Below, piece after piece: positions 13,901 through 27,872 of a stretch of 64,000 nucleotides of DNA. Source of the stretch: Lytechinus pictus (Eukaryota); assembly GCF_037042905.1 (NCBI RefSeq), contig NC_087245.1:19902001-19966000 (forward strand), in the 5' to 3' direction. The notes under the pieces are model-generated. The model did no database searches and was not told where the DNA came from. It worked only from the letters and a program-made list of their open reading frames with translations. The first letter of the stretch is position 1, and each line of letters opens with the position of its first letter. The translations under genes were made by a program, and so were the position numbers.

Positions 13901-14968
13901 AAAGGTTCTAATAGTTACATGTAAATTTACCATTTTAAAATAATGAATAAAAGGTAAATAATAATAAATCCTTCACATCGTATCCTATCATATTTTACTG
14001 TCCAATTTCCTAAATTAAGGTGTAACACAAAAAGTTTTGATTTGGTGATATCTATTTTCTTTCCATAGATTTCAATGAAAGCTAAAATTATTCATTTGGT
14101 GGTAAAAATAATTTTTCAGCTCCTCAATCTTTTCATGGAAATAAGGAAGAAAGTGATAATGAAATATTTCCTAAATAGGACTTCACCTAAAATATCATAT
14201 TTGAACTGTTTACAGGAATTAGATGAAAAATCAATGATCAACAAATAAGAGTTTATAGAATGAGGATGAAGCTAACGAAGAAGGGTGTTTGAGTGACTAA
14301 ACAGAATAACACAAGAATTTGTGAGAATAGATATCATGGAGATTACAATTACGCTTCTCAATATCTCATTTAAGAAATAATTCGTTATCTGTCTGTCATT
14401 CTTTATCTCACGATAAACCCCATCTCTCAGTAGAGGGCTTACAGAAAAGCGAGAGCTTTGTCTCTACCTAAACACCATTTACAAACATCCTCCTACAGCA
14501 GACTTAAAGCCCCCGCCTATGGGGATAACTAATTTCTTAGAACCACTACATGAATATGGTGAGGATCGAAAAGTGTGAGGAGATAAACTAGAAATCCCTT
14601 TTCAACGACTTCTCATTGAATTTCATCCAGTTAGTCCCTGTTGAGCTCTTCCGTCTGTAGTTTAGAATAAAGCATCATACGTATGAACAAGAAAGCGCAA
14701 TTCAATTCGATGTAGTTTTAATCTCAAGTACAACGCTAATATCCACTGCACTATTGCAGCTGCAGATTAGACGTTAACTGCCAAATCCAGTTTCGGTGAG
14801 ACCTACAAATTAATTTGACATTACAAATCAGGCAACTAAGAAGCAAAATATCCAAGGATGATTAGACTTTTCCTCTATATCATACAGAAAAGGAAGTATT
14901 CATTCATGTGTTAAAATTAACAAGAAACATCTTCATGACAAAACACTCATCAACCACACTTGCGTTGT

Positions 14969-15246
14969 GGAACGTTGTGGCCCAGTGGATTAGTCTCCGG
15001 ACTTTAAAACAGAGGGTCGTGGGTTCTAATCCCAGCCATGGCATAGTTTCCTTCAGCAAGAAATTCATCCACATGGTGTTGCACTCAACCCAGGTGAGGT
15101 GAATGGGTACCTGGCAGGAATTTATTCCTTGAAACGCCGAGCACTGAAAGCTAGCTGCTTGAGCTAGCCGGGCTAATAATATCCAAGTCCTTTGGAAGCT
15201 CATAGAGATGTTATTCATAATGTGTTATGCACTATACAAGAACTAT
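14969..15246 (+). mobile_element. tRNA-derived SINE with L2-type tail
   Basis: Pol III A-box TGGCCCAGTGG (14978) and B-box GGTTCTAATCC (15022); central CACTCAACCCAGGTGAGGTGAATGG shared with the 17114 copy; decayed GCGCTATA-type tail. Confidence 0.9.
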
Positions 15247-17113
15247 GTAGTGCATGAGATAAGGTAGGGGTCATCTCCAGTATCATACATAAAATGATTT
15301 ATATCACTGATTTAAAAAATACGCTGAAACTGACAGGTAATCATTAGTGTCATAAAATCTATCTGTAGTTTCAAAGCAGATGACTTTACACTATATCTCA
15401 ACAGTTTCACATTATATTCGCTTTGGATGCTAAGATTGCTGACAGAAGCACTGAAAAAGTGCGATGACATTTGATCAAATTTAGTGACCTCTGAATCTGA
15501 TGATAATATGTGGATAGATGAAATTAATTTCTATGTTAATACTGAAAAATTTTGTTCCATTTTGATGCAAGCCATCAGAATACTTGCCATTAAAAAAAAA
15601 TCAAAATTTTGCAAGTTCAACTATGTATGGTTATATTATGTGTTTTATATCAAAAAGTTATGATAATCTTGTGGTATCCAGAAATATATACCATGCAGGC
15701 TCACTCACTTCAGGAGCTAAGAAAGGATTTTTTTAATGCAACAATGTTCAGCAACTGTCCATAGCTGAAGCATTTGTTTGAGACATGTCTACCAACATCC
15801 ATCATTTATTGATGATTGGTGGGTGCCTCAACAACCTCCACCACCCAGTGATAATTGGGAGCGGAGGTTAACGCAGCAGACAATGATATTCACAGGGAGG
15901 AGGTTAACACGGCTTCCCATACAAAGTCAAGTGTGTGCAAACAAACGGTGGTCGTTTGGCCAGATAAGAAAGACATGATGGTGACTGATGGCCCGGTATT
16001 AGGATGCCTTCCAAGACGGATCGGTGTCTGATTTATGGAACGAAGAGTGATGGCATGGCGACAGGAGACAGGGAGAGTGAGGGAGAGAGAGAGATGACAC
16101 GTGGGGGAGGGGGGGGGAGACAGACTTAAAAACAAAGGGAGGGGGACGGAAAAAATAAAAAGAAGAGAGGAAAATCGTAGAGAAAGAAGGTTATAAATTA
16201 AATGGACAGAGACAGAGGAAAAAAAGATAAAAAGACGAGAGAGAAAGAGAGGTGGGGAGGAGGTTACATGAATAGAGACACACTAAGATAACAAAGTGAC
16301 TCTAGTTATCTTCTCTGACAAGCATTTTCCTCTTCCTAATACAGCATGAAATGTCAGAGAAGGGGAAGGGGGGGGGGCAGGAGGTGAATATGTGAAAAGT
16401 TCGGCGAGAATCGAGGCGGAATCTCGGCGCGATCGTCAGAGCCACAGTTCTGAAGGCTCCACAAAAGACAGACAATTCAATTTGATGAACCTCACAGAGG
16501 AGTCTCTCATGCTAACATGTTGCACAGCACATAACAGACACTCCTGTGCATGACATCCTAGTACTTATCCTTCCAAAACAAAGATCTGATTTCATCCCCG
16601 GGCAGCAACCCCTATGTGTGAGGTTTAAAACAACCAGCAGCACTTAATCAAACACTAGGAATTTTCCAATCTTAATTACGTTATGAAGATCAACCACAAT
16701 TGTGGTACTTAGGAAAATGATATATATAATTCATGTATAGAGTGACAACATTGCATGTAGCAACATTATCCACTTAGAAAGAGAACAAATAGTTAATCAA
16801 TTTAAAAAGCCTTTGGACATAACTCTGAACATAGGAAGGCGAAATAGCACTGCACTTACGATAATAGGAGAGTAATCATAATAAGAGATGTCATGTAATT
16901 AAAACATCTACAACAAACCGTCACAAGACTGCTTTGGCACTTTCTGAAGACTGCAGTGACACCATACCACCTCGAAAGATCTGAACAGTTCTTATCAATC
17001 ATTTGAAGAGTGTGAGAAACTACCTTTAAGTGGTTGGAAAATGATGATCATCATGTAAAGAAGATCTAGTGCATGCTTCAAGATCTTGGAAATACCAAAG
17101 TGATAATGATAGT

Positions 17114-17415
17114 GGGGGTGTCATTATCTAGTGGCTATGACTCTCGTCTTTCAATCTGAGGGACATGGGTTTGATTCCAAGCCATGGCGTGTTTTCCTTC
17201 AACAAGAGATTTACCCACATTGTGCTGCACTCAACCCAGGTGAGGTGAATGGATACTCGGTAGGAAGTAATTCCTTGAATGCTCAAATGCCTGATCAAGG
17301 TAGCCATGCTAAAGCCGGGGTAATAATAACATTAACATGTTAAGCAGGGCATGCTGTGAGAACAGTTTTTGGAACTGAAGTGGCTACCATAGGTAAAACA
17401 TGATGTTACAGTTAT
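17114..17415 (+). mobile_element. tRNA-derived SINE, same family head/core as 14969
   Basis: Degenerate A-box, B-box GGTTTGATTCC (17168), core TCCTTCAACAAGA...GCACTCAACCCAGGTGAGGTGAATGG, and GCCGGGGTAATAATA; 3' end approximate. Confidence 0.85.
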
Positions 17416-20400
17416 TACATGGAAAGTTGACTCAAGTCTGCCAAGAGTCATATGCACTGCACACATAAAGATGCATGAATGACCAGATTACTTGCACAAA
17501 CTCCTGGGAGACACATTAAAAAGAAATCATCAGTGGTGTTTTCCCATACAAAACTTGTTTGAGACAAGAAAAGCTGTACATCTAGCGTTAATTCATAATA
17601 AAATCATTGAAATTGTAAATTCAAATAAGTTTAAATATCCATTGGTGATCTTCAGGGTTATGTTTCTGTTCCAAGTCTTTACGTAATTAGCTTTGACTGT
17701 CATACTTAACAATGTATAAAGATAGGAACTATAATATACTATTACAATGACTGGAAAACTTAAATGAATTTGAATCCATTGGGCAGGAATTAAAACAATG
17801 AAAAAATACATTGTATATATTTATACTTCTTTCATATCTTATGAAGAAAGCAAAAATAAAAATCATGACGGATTGAAACAAAAATTATTATTCCAGTTTA
17901 TCAGATCTTTTTTTTTTAAATGAGAACTTTCCTAATGAAATTAGTTCAAGTTTAACATTTTCCTTTTCTCTAGTTTATTAACATTGATACAGAAGAATGT
18001 AATTTTGAACAAAAACAACACATTTATTGTTACAAACTAACAAAAAAAGGCTGAAAATTGGTGAGATAATCTTAAATGCTTAGATATAAAGGAGAGAAGA
18101 GACAGGATTTCCCTATGTAACTCTGATAAGAAAAAAAACCCATTCCACTATATTTGAAGGTTCAAAACATGGTTTATTTCTGCAGGTTATCTAATTAAGT
18201 ATTTCATCTTCCCATGAATGGATTCTTAAGAGGCCATAAAGTCAAAATTAACTTGCTATTACATCACAAATCAGTCCGAATCCCACAGTTTCGTATCTTT
18301 TTCATACACATGATGTAACAACCAAACAAGAGGAACCCCTTTCCCTGCTCTGGATATAAACCAGGGGTCAAATAGGAATCACGGCTATTTCTCCACACTT
18401 AGCATATCAATGTGGTCATGTGACACAAGCAATCAACCAATCACATTAATTACCTTCACAGCATTGCCGACATAGTTGGCATTCTTTCAAACTTTTTCGC
18501 CCAGGAGAGGACGGTGCGGGCAGGAAGGGTTTCACACGGCTTTAACTCGACCCAGATTGGGATAGCCCACGCAGGGGAAAACTCTGGCATGGGTGCCAGG
18601 ATATTGACCTTGTATTTAATCCCCCCAGTGCACTTGACACTTACATTCAAGTGTTAACATTGTTTCCTGTACTTGACAGTAAGAATGAAATTCAGAATGG
18701 AATGAATTCAGATTGAAGGGTGGAACCAAAGTTTAAAAATTTGTTTCTAGCTTAAAATATAGAAAGGTTGTCTATGACCTATTTGAAAGTATAACCATAG
18801 AAAACAACTAGTAAAACTAATATTTCAGAGAAACATTAGTAGAGGTTTTAGTTCCCTTGATCAGTTTACAGCTACAATCATTAAGATAAGAGTAAAGTTT
18901 CTAAACACCGAAGTAAAAATACTTTGATATGAGAAAATATTTGCTGACTAACTAATAAAAACTTGATCTTTCTGTGAATCATAATAAAATGAACATCAAT
19001 TGCATAAAAACTCTACAATTATTCATGGCAATGTTAAGGAAATACATAGTCTCCGACTAAGATAAGATTTCAGGTGGGGTTAGGGAAATTCAATAATCCA
19101 TCCAGATGGAATGAAATCCAACAAACTACCAACAAAGTAATAACACATAAGACATAAAACTAGAAAGGAGGTAATTTGTAAGATGATTTTGAGCTTCACA
19201 TTCCATGCATATATTTGAGGTTCCAACTGCAGGGAACATTATATTCATGCTCAGCCACAAGAGATAAGTACAGAAAGCATTAAAATGTTAATCCGGGATG
19301 TTCTGGATACTTGAGAGACATTACTTAGAGAGTGATAGCATACCTGACACACTTTGAAAATATCAATGAATAAATTATAATTTTTTAATTATAAGTGAAA
19401 TTACGTTTTCATCAAGGGGTAGGATTCCCACCAAGCCCTTGATCCTAGAAAATTCAAATAAATGTATTTATCTATCACATGAATATTTTCATCTTGAATA
19501 AATAATAGTATCAGATCCAGAAAACAATCTATTTTTATTCTCCTTTAAACCTGAATGAATCATAAATTTGTCTGATAGGATTCAGGATGCACATTTCCTG
19601 ACAACATATTTGATATTTTCCTCCTTTTCTATTCTTCTTATTTCCTTAATTTTTATATCCATTCTTATTTATAGTGGGGGTGGTGATTTTCCTGCTGCTA
19701 TTCCAACAGGGGCAACTCCATTTCACAGGTGATTGCCCCGTCGGGCAACCAGCAGAAACCAGCTAATCGAGCATCGTGAGCTGCCTAGCCCCAGGGGTGT
19801 GTGTGTATAGGCTTACACATGTCCAACCCTCCCTAAATTAAACTCTTTAGGTAATCTCATCCCGGTTGAAACATAAGCTGGTTAGTCCATCCAAGCCATA
19901 GGCATCTAATCACATTCCTTCCTATGACGCAGTAAAAGAAGAAAGAAAAGTATATTATTGTCTGTAAAATACTGGGTTATTACGTCTTCAGGTGAAAAGA
20001 AAAAGAAGTCTACAAAATGGGAATTTGATGAGGATTGGAGAAAGAAGAAAATACAGAATTTCATCCAAATCACCTGTAGATCTAGAACCATCTCATCGGA
20101 TTGTATCCATAGAATGTAATTTCTTAATGACATTAATACCTTACAGGTGGAGGAAACAATATAGTGAAAATCTAACAGTAAACATCGTCAAATGCTAGTT
20201 AAGCACTTGTCTTCCGGCAGAGATTGCCCACCATACTTACAAACACAACCTACCAAATATTCTTTAAGAATATGAAATTAATAGAAAATTGGATGCCTAT
20301 AATATATCATGCTCCCTTGTGACACATAATTAACACTGAAATTTAATATGAATTTGGCATTCAATAATGGAAAAGAACAAATATATTTGATAAAAATATA

Positions 20401-20569
20401 CAGTTCACGAACATTCGGTATATAAAAAATTGAAGATGACCTACATAAATAATTAATCTATCATAACATTTTCATTATTTCTAAAATGATGGCAATTATG
20501 GCATTTATCGTAAAAGTTTTTTTCACTATTTTACTAAAACAAATAACAACAACAATTCGATAGTTAGAT

Positions 20570-20965
20570 AGATAGATAGATAAATTTTATTTTCACACGG
20601 TAAAAAACCCAAACAGATACATAGTCTGATTTGCATTGGGGCCGTGCCATGAATAAAATGTACAAAGTAAAAGGCACCCAATCTTAGTATACATGAATAA
20701 TACATAAAACATAATAATCGTAATTATTAACAGGTGATAATACAAAGACAGAAAGTTTATACAAATAATTACGAATTGTAATCATCTTACATTCAGTAAT
20801 TCTGTATTCTATTCTTACAAAATAACTCATGGGGAAATTAAGATGAAATTTAACCATAAATAATTAAAAATTCTTCCTAATTGACCTTTAAAAGTGACAA
20901 TTTGATAACAAGCTTGGATATTTTTTTCAATTTTCCAAAAATTAAACCCAGAACTACACAAATTT
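20570..20965 (-). mobile_element. Decayed CR1/L2-type LINE 3' end
   Basis: Minus-strand translation SGFNFWKIEKNIQACYQIVTFKGQL resembles the GxxxWNxL..I....FKxxL C-terminus of CR1-group ORF2; ends in a (TCTA)n tail. Confidence 0.45.
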
Positions 20966-23900
20966 GTATAAATTCAGGCTGTCTACATAGAAAAAAAGCT
21001 GGTCAATTCAAATATAATTTTCATTCTCATACAAGACACAATGACTGACTTGTGTCTGTATATCACTACTTCTAACAAATGGAATGGGACAATCTCCATA
21101 TAAGTCATTGAGACCTACAGTAATATGATCAGTGTTAAAAGGTCATTAAAGACAATAACATAGACGACAGAGGGCACTAAATCTGTTCAGTGGCCAAATT
21201 CATATTTCACAAAGAATAAACAGATAATGGTCGCAATTTGTAACATTTAAGTACCAGACTACTAATCCATTATAATTCACATAAGTGACGTCTTAACAAA
21301 TCTTTAGACAGTCTAATCCATAATGCTGTACAACAAATTTTGTTGGTCTGAACGAGGGGACTTGGGTCCTTGTCTACTACAAAAAGTCTGTTCATCATCG
21401 AATGTCGTCTTTGACTGATGGAATAGATAAATAAATAAATCCATGCTCGGTAGAGATTGATGGCCTCTAATTGGAGTTTGGAGGGTGCATATGATCTAGA
21501 TATGTCGGCTCGCATTAAACGAAATCGTATAACGAGGGGCGGAGATCATGCATCAAAATAAACCCCGGCATTGGAGGGGTGGCTGATGGGGTGCGGTGGA
21601 GGAACGGTCTTTAAGGGAATTTTCTCAGAATTGATGGAGAAAACAAATTATCAGCAAATATCTGGTTAAATATCCAGCCCAGTAATGATTTTTACATGAT
21701 GTTGGACATATTGGAATCATGTAATGATTGTGCTTCTTCAAGTATCTTGACCTCCCATGTTTTTGCCTGTCTCATGCTGTCCATACTGTACTTTCAGTAG
21801 CTAGGAGTATTCATACTATATTCACTAACTCTGTTATGAAATTCTTCAGCCCATTTCAGTCACATAGATGAATAAATTTGCTGTTCCAAAGATAGACTTG
21901 TATCTAACAAATGAACACCCTGACCAACATTCCAACTTTTCTATGGAGAAAATTTATTTATACATTAACAGATACTTTGCTTGTTTATTATTTACCGGAT
22001 TTATTCTAACTAATTGGTGTCTCACTACTTACCAAACAGAGTAATAAACTAATAATCTCTTCAGGTGTCAAGCCAAGGTCTATTCCAAGTTGGTCTCTCA
22101 TCTTCTCTCTCTCTCTCTCTCTTCTACCCATACTTTCCCCCATTACTCATTTCTTTATTCCTCCCATCTCACTCTAGCTTTCTCCCAATCCTACTTTCTC
22201 TTTCTCCTCTCATCACTTTCATCCTCCCTTCATCTACATATCTACCAATATATTTATCTGTCTGTCTGTCTTTGTGTCTCTAAGAACATCTCTATCTTGC
22301 TCCATCTTGATGACGGTTCTGATAAAGATATTATCCTACATGACGCCAAGAAAAGAGGATACAAATAGGGATGCAGTCCTGAACAAGGTGGGGCAAAGTA
22401 ATTACTTTACCAATTTCTCATCCTTGCCTTTCCTCCATTGTCCCTCTTTCCCCGCTCCAAGTCTTCGTTGACCTCCTTTGACCCTTCTTACCACTTATTT
22501 TCCAGTAAGATAGTATCATAATTATGCATAGTGCACTATAATGATCCTTTTCCTCACCTTATAAAAGTGATTGAGAATTTGTCATTTCATTAAACACATG
22601 ATGTAGTTATCCTGACTGACATTTGAATATATTAAGTAAAGAACAAATGAGGAAAAGTATTCAAATCTGCCAGATATAACACTTCTTGAATATCAAAAAG
22701 GGCATCAGATCCTAAAAATATTTCAATAATTATCGCTCATTGCATAAAATGACTGCTAACCTTGGTGAGAAATTTGAGTTTAGAAAAAATGAAATTCAAC
22801 TTGGAAATTAAACTAAAAGTTTAAATTTCTTGTAAGTCATTTCTGACATATTACCATAAAAAGCATCGGACAGTTTTCTTGCCTATCATCTAAAACTGGA
22901 AAGTGTTGGAGTTTCTTCTTAGTTTATTTATAATAGCCCTGGGAAGTGAGACTTAACAGATTCTAAACTTAACAATGGTATGTACTTGACTCAAATGTAG
23001 AAAGTTACACTGTAGCAATATCTAATGCTGATGTAGAAGAACTGGGCTAATGCACACTGTGACTAGGGTGCCAAATGCAAGTTCTTGGTTGTCCAGGAGA
23101 AAAATTTATGAATGAATGATAAATCATTCATAGAGCAACACGTAACATTATACACTGAAAACAAGTCCATGCTGAATCTAATTTTCAAAGAATTTCAAAG
23201 AATTGATATCCACTGAGAATAGATAGAATAATAGAACTATTTAAATTGAAGTGATTTCAAGATTGAGTTCTATCTATGTGGTTTGTAGGATCACACAAAA
23301 ACGTTGGTATACATATAATAAACTTGGGGGAAGAAAGAGAGAGAGAGAGGGGGGGGGGGGAGCGCGATATGAGAGATAGTTAGTAAAAGAGAGACGGGGG
23401 AGGGGAGAATATATTCCTTACAACTACACACCCACTCACAGGCCACACGATGACGCAAGAAGAGCTCTACTGCCATCAAAATATCAGATGAAATTGTACG
23501 CCGATATTCACGAAAAACGGAAATCACACAAAAACAGGAGGGAGAGAAATAACAAAAAGAAATGGATCCATTAGCAGAACAAGTCAACATTAGCCCTGCA
23601 AGAGGGGAGGACCTACTTTAACAAGTATTGCTTTAAACATTTCATGAAGATGGGGAGGAAAGAGGGGAGAGTAGAAATTGAGATGGCCATAGAAAAACGC
23701 AGGAAAGGGTGACTTAAAGAGACAAGGAGGGAGGGTTTAAGAGGGGAAGCAGAAAGCGAAGGAAAGAGCATCCCATTTATGAGGGTGGGAAAGGAAAGAA
23801 GGGAAGAGGAGAGATCGAGAAGAAAGCTAGAAAAACAGCGGACAGAGAATGGATTCGATCTTGACGAATGCGCCTTGGCTTTCACATTCATGTTTGCAAC

Positions 23901-25611
23901 CCAAGCCGCCATCCCCTCCTAGAGTTTCGATCGGACTGAAACCCGGCCGCGCAGAGATGCATATGTATTCGCGGGAAGCAATCTCCAAAGAGTCGACTTT
24001 GCGCATGAATGGAAAAACACTTTGAGGATATCAGAACTCCCACCAGGATTCAGCAGATATTGCCAATTTCCAGTTTGAAGATTTTAATCTGATTTTTCTC
24101 CTTTGATTCCCTTCTCTATTTTTTATCAGTTGTTATCTGTTGGGGAAACCATTAAGGTTGATATCACAAACGCATTTTCTTCTTTCTTCCTTCTGCTTTC
24201 ATCATATGTATGTCTTGAGCTTCATTTTGATTAACAGTAGATTGCAAAGATGTAGGGATATGAAAGGTTTGCCATTTTGATTGGAAGCTAGGATCCATTT
24301 TGCAACAGTTTTCACTCTGGTGATGGCCTACGGGAAAACCAGGAAAAATTGAAATAAAATAGTAAAGATTTCTTTACAAAGAAATTACAATCAATAACTA
24401 AAGGCATATAGATGTTACAAACATTTTTTTTCAAAGTGAGAAGTTGAAAACTACCGAGATCGTAATATAGCATTCAGGTCACAATTGGGGGGAAATACAT
24501 GTATATCGCAGGTACACTAAAAAAGAATCCCCATTTTCCACCAACTGTTTGCAGTATTGTTTTTCTCTAACTTGGTGTTCTTCATCTAGACTGTTTGGGT
24601 GTACATTCCTTATAAAAGATTAAAACTTAATTCATGGTTCAACAAATAATTGGATCCATTTTACACTCGGATACAGAAAAAAAACCGAGGAGAACTCACA
24701 TCAATATGACTCTGATCAATACCTTGCAATATCAGTCTCTTTGTCAACTATCAAATACCATGTTAGAAGTAGACAAAATCTATTTTTCAAGCTCCAAACC
24801 CAGAGGGTAAAGGTGCATCACATTTCTCTTCTCAGATCTGGAATCAAAATAACAATAATTGTCGGCAAAGTGGGGCTTGGGTTACATTACATAGAGCAAA
24901 AGCTAAAGGTATTCAGGTTTAGGAGTCAGGCTGGTTGTGGGTTAATGTTTATAGCACATCACATTGTCATTGTCTTTTAACCTCTCTTTCTTTCTAGAAA
25001 TTTTAAATATCATTTTTCAGAAAAAAAATTACTTGGTCTGTGGTGACCATGGTCAAAAATTTGATTTTCAAATTTTATACCTAACTGGTGAAAGTCCCAA
25101 GTTCTAATAACTGGAAGGATAAATTAGAAGAAAAAATTGTACTACTGCAATGCATTATGACAAATTAAAAGAGGACCTGCGCTACTGCATATTCATTAAC
25201 GATGTTGTACGATTTGAATATCATATCTGCATTGGCACTAAGCACAAAGTCACACTAAAATCTTTGTGGAACACCCAACTGGTTGGAAGACTAAATTCGA
25301 GCAAACCGTTTAGATTGGCCTGTGGCTGGTTGATGCCAAGGTCAACTTTGTCTGCTGGTATCATGTTTGACAGAGGGATTGGAACCGCACTGTTGCCGGT
25401 TCCAGGTAATCGTATCCCAGGACCACACTTTGAGAGGGTTGAACAAGGTTATAGTGCTGCTGGGGATCTGGTGGCTAAACCTGAAACAGATCTGGTTGGG
25501 AAACTAATCTAATTAAACTTTAAAACCAGGAGAGTAGTTTTCTCTTCTCAGACTCGGGAGCTGGTTTTCCTGGTGGTGACTTTAGGTGTATATGAATACT
25601 GCATCTGGCTA

Positions 25612-25845
25612 GTAATAATAGGCATTTATATAGTGCTGTCTATCTCAAAATATTTAATGCAGAAAAAACAAGAAAAAGGGAGTTTGGATTAGTGTCTTAG
25701 TGCCAAGAACTGATACTGATAGAAAAGATAGACTTCAGTTTGGATTTGAAAGTCTCTTAATATGATTTGATTCTTAAATTTAATAGTAGATTATTCAAAA
25801 GAGAAGGTGCTGCGACAGAGAAAGCTCGCTTGCCATACTGGTAGG
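25612..25845 (-). mobile_element. L2/CR1-clade LINE 3' remnant (ORF2 C-terminus plus tail)
   Basis: Minus-strand translation QYGKRAFSVAAPSLLNNLLLNLRIKSY*ETFKSKLKS matches the L2 motif GxRAFSVAAPxLWNxLP...FKxxLKT; tail GCACTATATAAAATGCCTATTATTA. Confidence 0.85.
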
Positions 25846-27639
25846 CTATGACACCAAAAGGTAGAATACTTTTTTTTCTTTAGCTGTGATGGGGGTTTAA
25901 CGAAAAAAAAAATGATAATAGATTGTATATTGAAAAGTCCAATTATGACAGCATTGTAATGAGCATATTAAATATAATCAGGAATTACCATCTAATCACT
26001 AATGCTCATATTTTCAGACCAATTTCACTACTATGACCTGTATTATATCTTTATAGAATATACCGTATGTTAGAATATGATACTCCGCTTATTTGTCAAT
26101 CAAAAAAACTTCACTGTAGCCTGTGATGCAATAAAAAGCAGTTTTGCAATTTCCATATACAACGTATCCCTGCTTTGTTTCTAAACCTTGAAATATGATC
26201 CTCAAACACTGCAGAATAGCGAGGGGGCACTGTTTGCGCAGACAAAACTCACCACCGCGTCTTCCGTTACCGTTTGCAAGATGGGGGGAGAGAAACGGAT
26301 GCCCTCTTGAACAAACACCGCCGAGCCAGTGTTGTTCAAACTTGGTTAGCTAGGTTTGGACAGGGAGACCGAGACATTCATGTTCTTGGTTTGTATGGTC
26401 AAGGCAATAGAGGAGTCTGGCGATGGCTGGCGGACATGGCAAAACAAAAATGGAGGATTGGACGGGCGAGTCGAAGAAATGGAAGAGACTGACAAGATGG
26501 GGTGTACGGGAATAGTACTAGAAAGAGAAAGATTAGGGGTAAAAGAAACAGAGAAATAAAAGAGAGACAATTAAGTAGAGAGCAAGCATGCAAACGGGAA
26601 CATCCTTATACAGATTATGAGTAAGAGAAATGAAGTAAGCGAGGGGGTCTAGAGGGGAGATAAAAAAAGAGGAAAAAAAGAGATGGTGAGGAGGAGAGAA
26701 ATAGTGAATGTAACTGAGATTTAGTAGAGATGGATGGATTGAGAGCAGGTATACAAACCAAAAGCTCTTTCCTTTAAAGATTGTCAAAGATCCACCATGC
26801 ATAGCACCAAATACACTCGACTCAACTAATGTAACAACATTTCTAGCATACATCCAGTAAATAGCATTTCAGATCAAATGAAATCCCTAATGGTGTGTGG
26901 TAAGGTAGCAGGAATAGAGATAAAAAGCAGCTTTGAAGGAAAAGGGATATAGAGATAGAGAAGATAAAAAGTGACGTAGATGGAAAAGGGAAGAGATACC
27001 AGAAGAAGACTGAGATAGAGTTGCAAGAATGGGGACTAGAAGGGGGAAAGAAACATACCTAAGTCAACAGATCTAGGAACAAAGTCTAGATGACTTCAGA
27101 AAGGAACTTATTGGCTCGCTTGGCGTCATTGAGTTGACTGTCGGAGAGAAGCCCTCGGGGGACTTGAAGCGCATCTGCCCTAAAATGTTTTACTTGCATT
27201 GAAGAGGCGATTAATGGAGGGTAAAGACATGTATCTCATACAAGATCACTTGATACTCTTTGCGCTTATCTCCTTCCCTCGCATGTCCCATCAACTCGGG
27301 TCCAACTGGACACATCTTAGTTTCCTATTTCGTAGCCCAATGTTCCCAATTTCTTTCTCCTCTACCGCAAACTAGGAATCATCTTCAAGGTTACAAGGAG
27401 GCAAAGGCCCTTTTTCAAGATAGTTCCATTAACTCTCACAAACAACCATACATATTGCTTACGATGACAATCACTCCTCCCCACCGTTGAGACATTGAAA
27501 GTGCATATATCTCTAAAAATAATAAGTGCTCTAGAAAGAATTACACAAAAGTAGATGAAGCCAAATAACTCATTGTACCATTTTATTAAAAAAGTACCAG
27601 TTCATGTTTTGCTTATACTAGGTGAAAAATGTCCATTGT

Positions 27640-27872
27640 TTCATTGTATTTAGGTTTTTTAGGTGTTGTATGTTATAAGTTTCTTTGTTTTTTTTTTTGG
27701 TATAATTTGTATTTTGTTCTATTGGTGGCAGCGCCAATAAGGCTTCTCTGCCTTCTAAGCTGTCTCCTCGTTTCATAAATTATTTATATTTCTTGTATAT
27801 TCCAATATGTTTTGTAAATGTTATTTTTAATATATGAACGAAATAAATGCATATGAATGAATGAATGAATGA
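27640..27872 (+). mobile_element. CR1-type LINE 3' UTR/tail remnant
   Basis: T-rich UTR with a stem-loop (GGCAGC..AAGGC..GCCTT..GCTGTC), then AATAAA and a (TGAA)n tail. Confidence 0.5.

Noticed and set aside
14969-15040. tRNA genes at the SINE heads (also 17114 and 38729)
   Set aside because: A/B boxes present but no complete cloverleaf; each continues into a SINE core and tail
27053-27075. TAG|GTATGT as a third recursive site
   Set aside because: Another AG lies about 14 nt upstream and there is no pyrimidine tract
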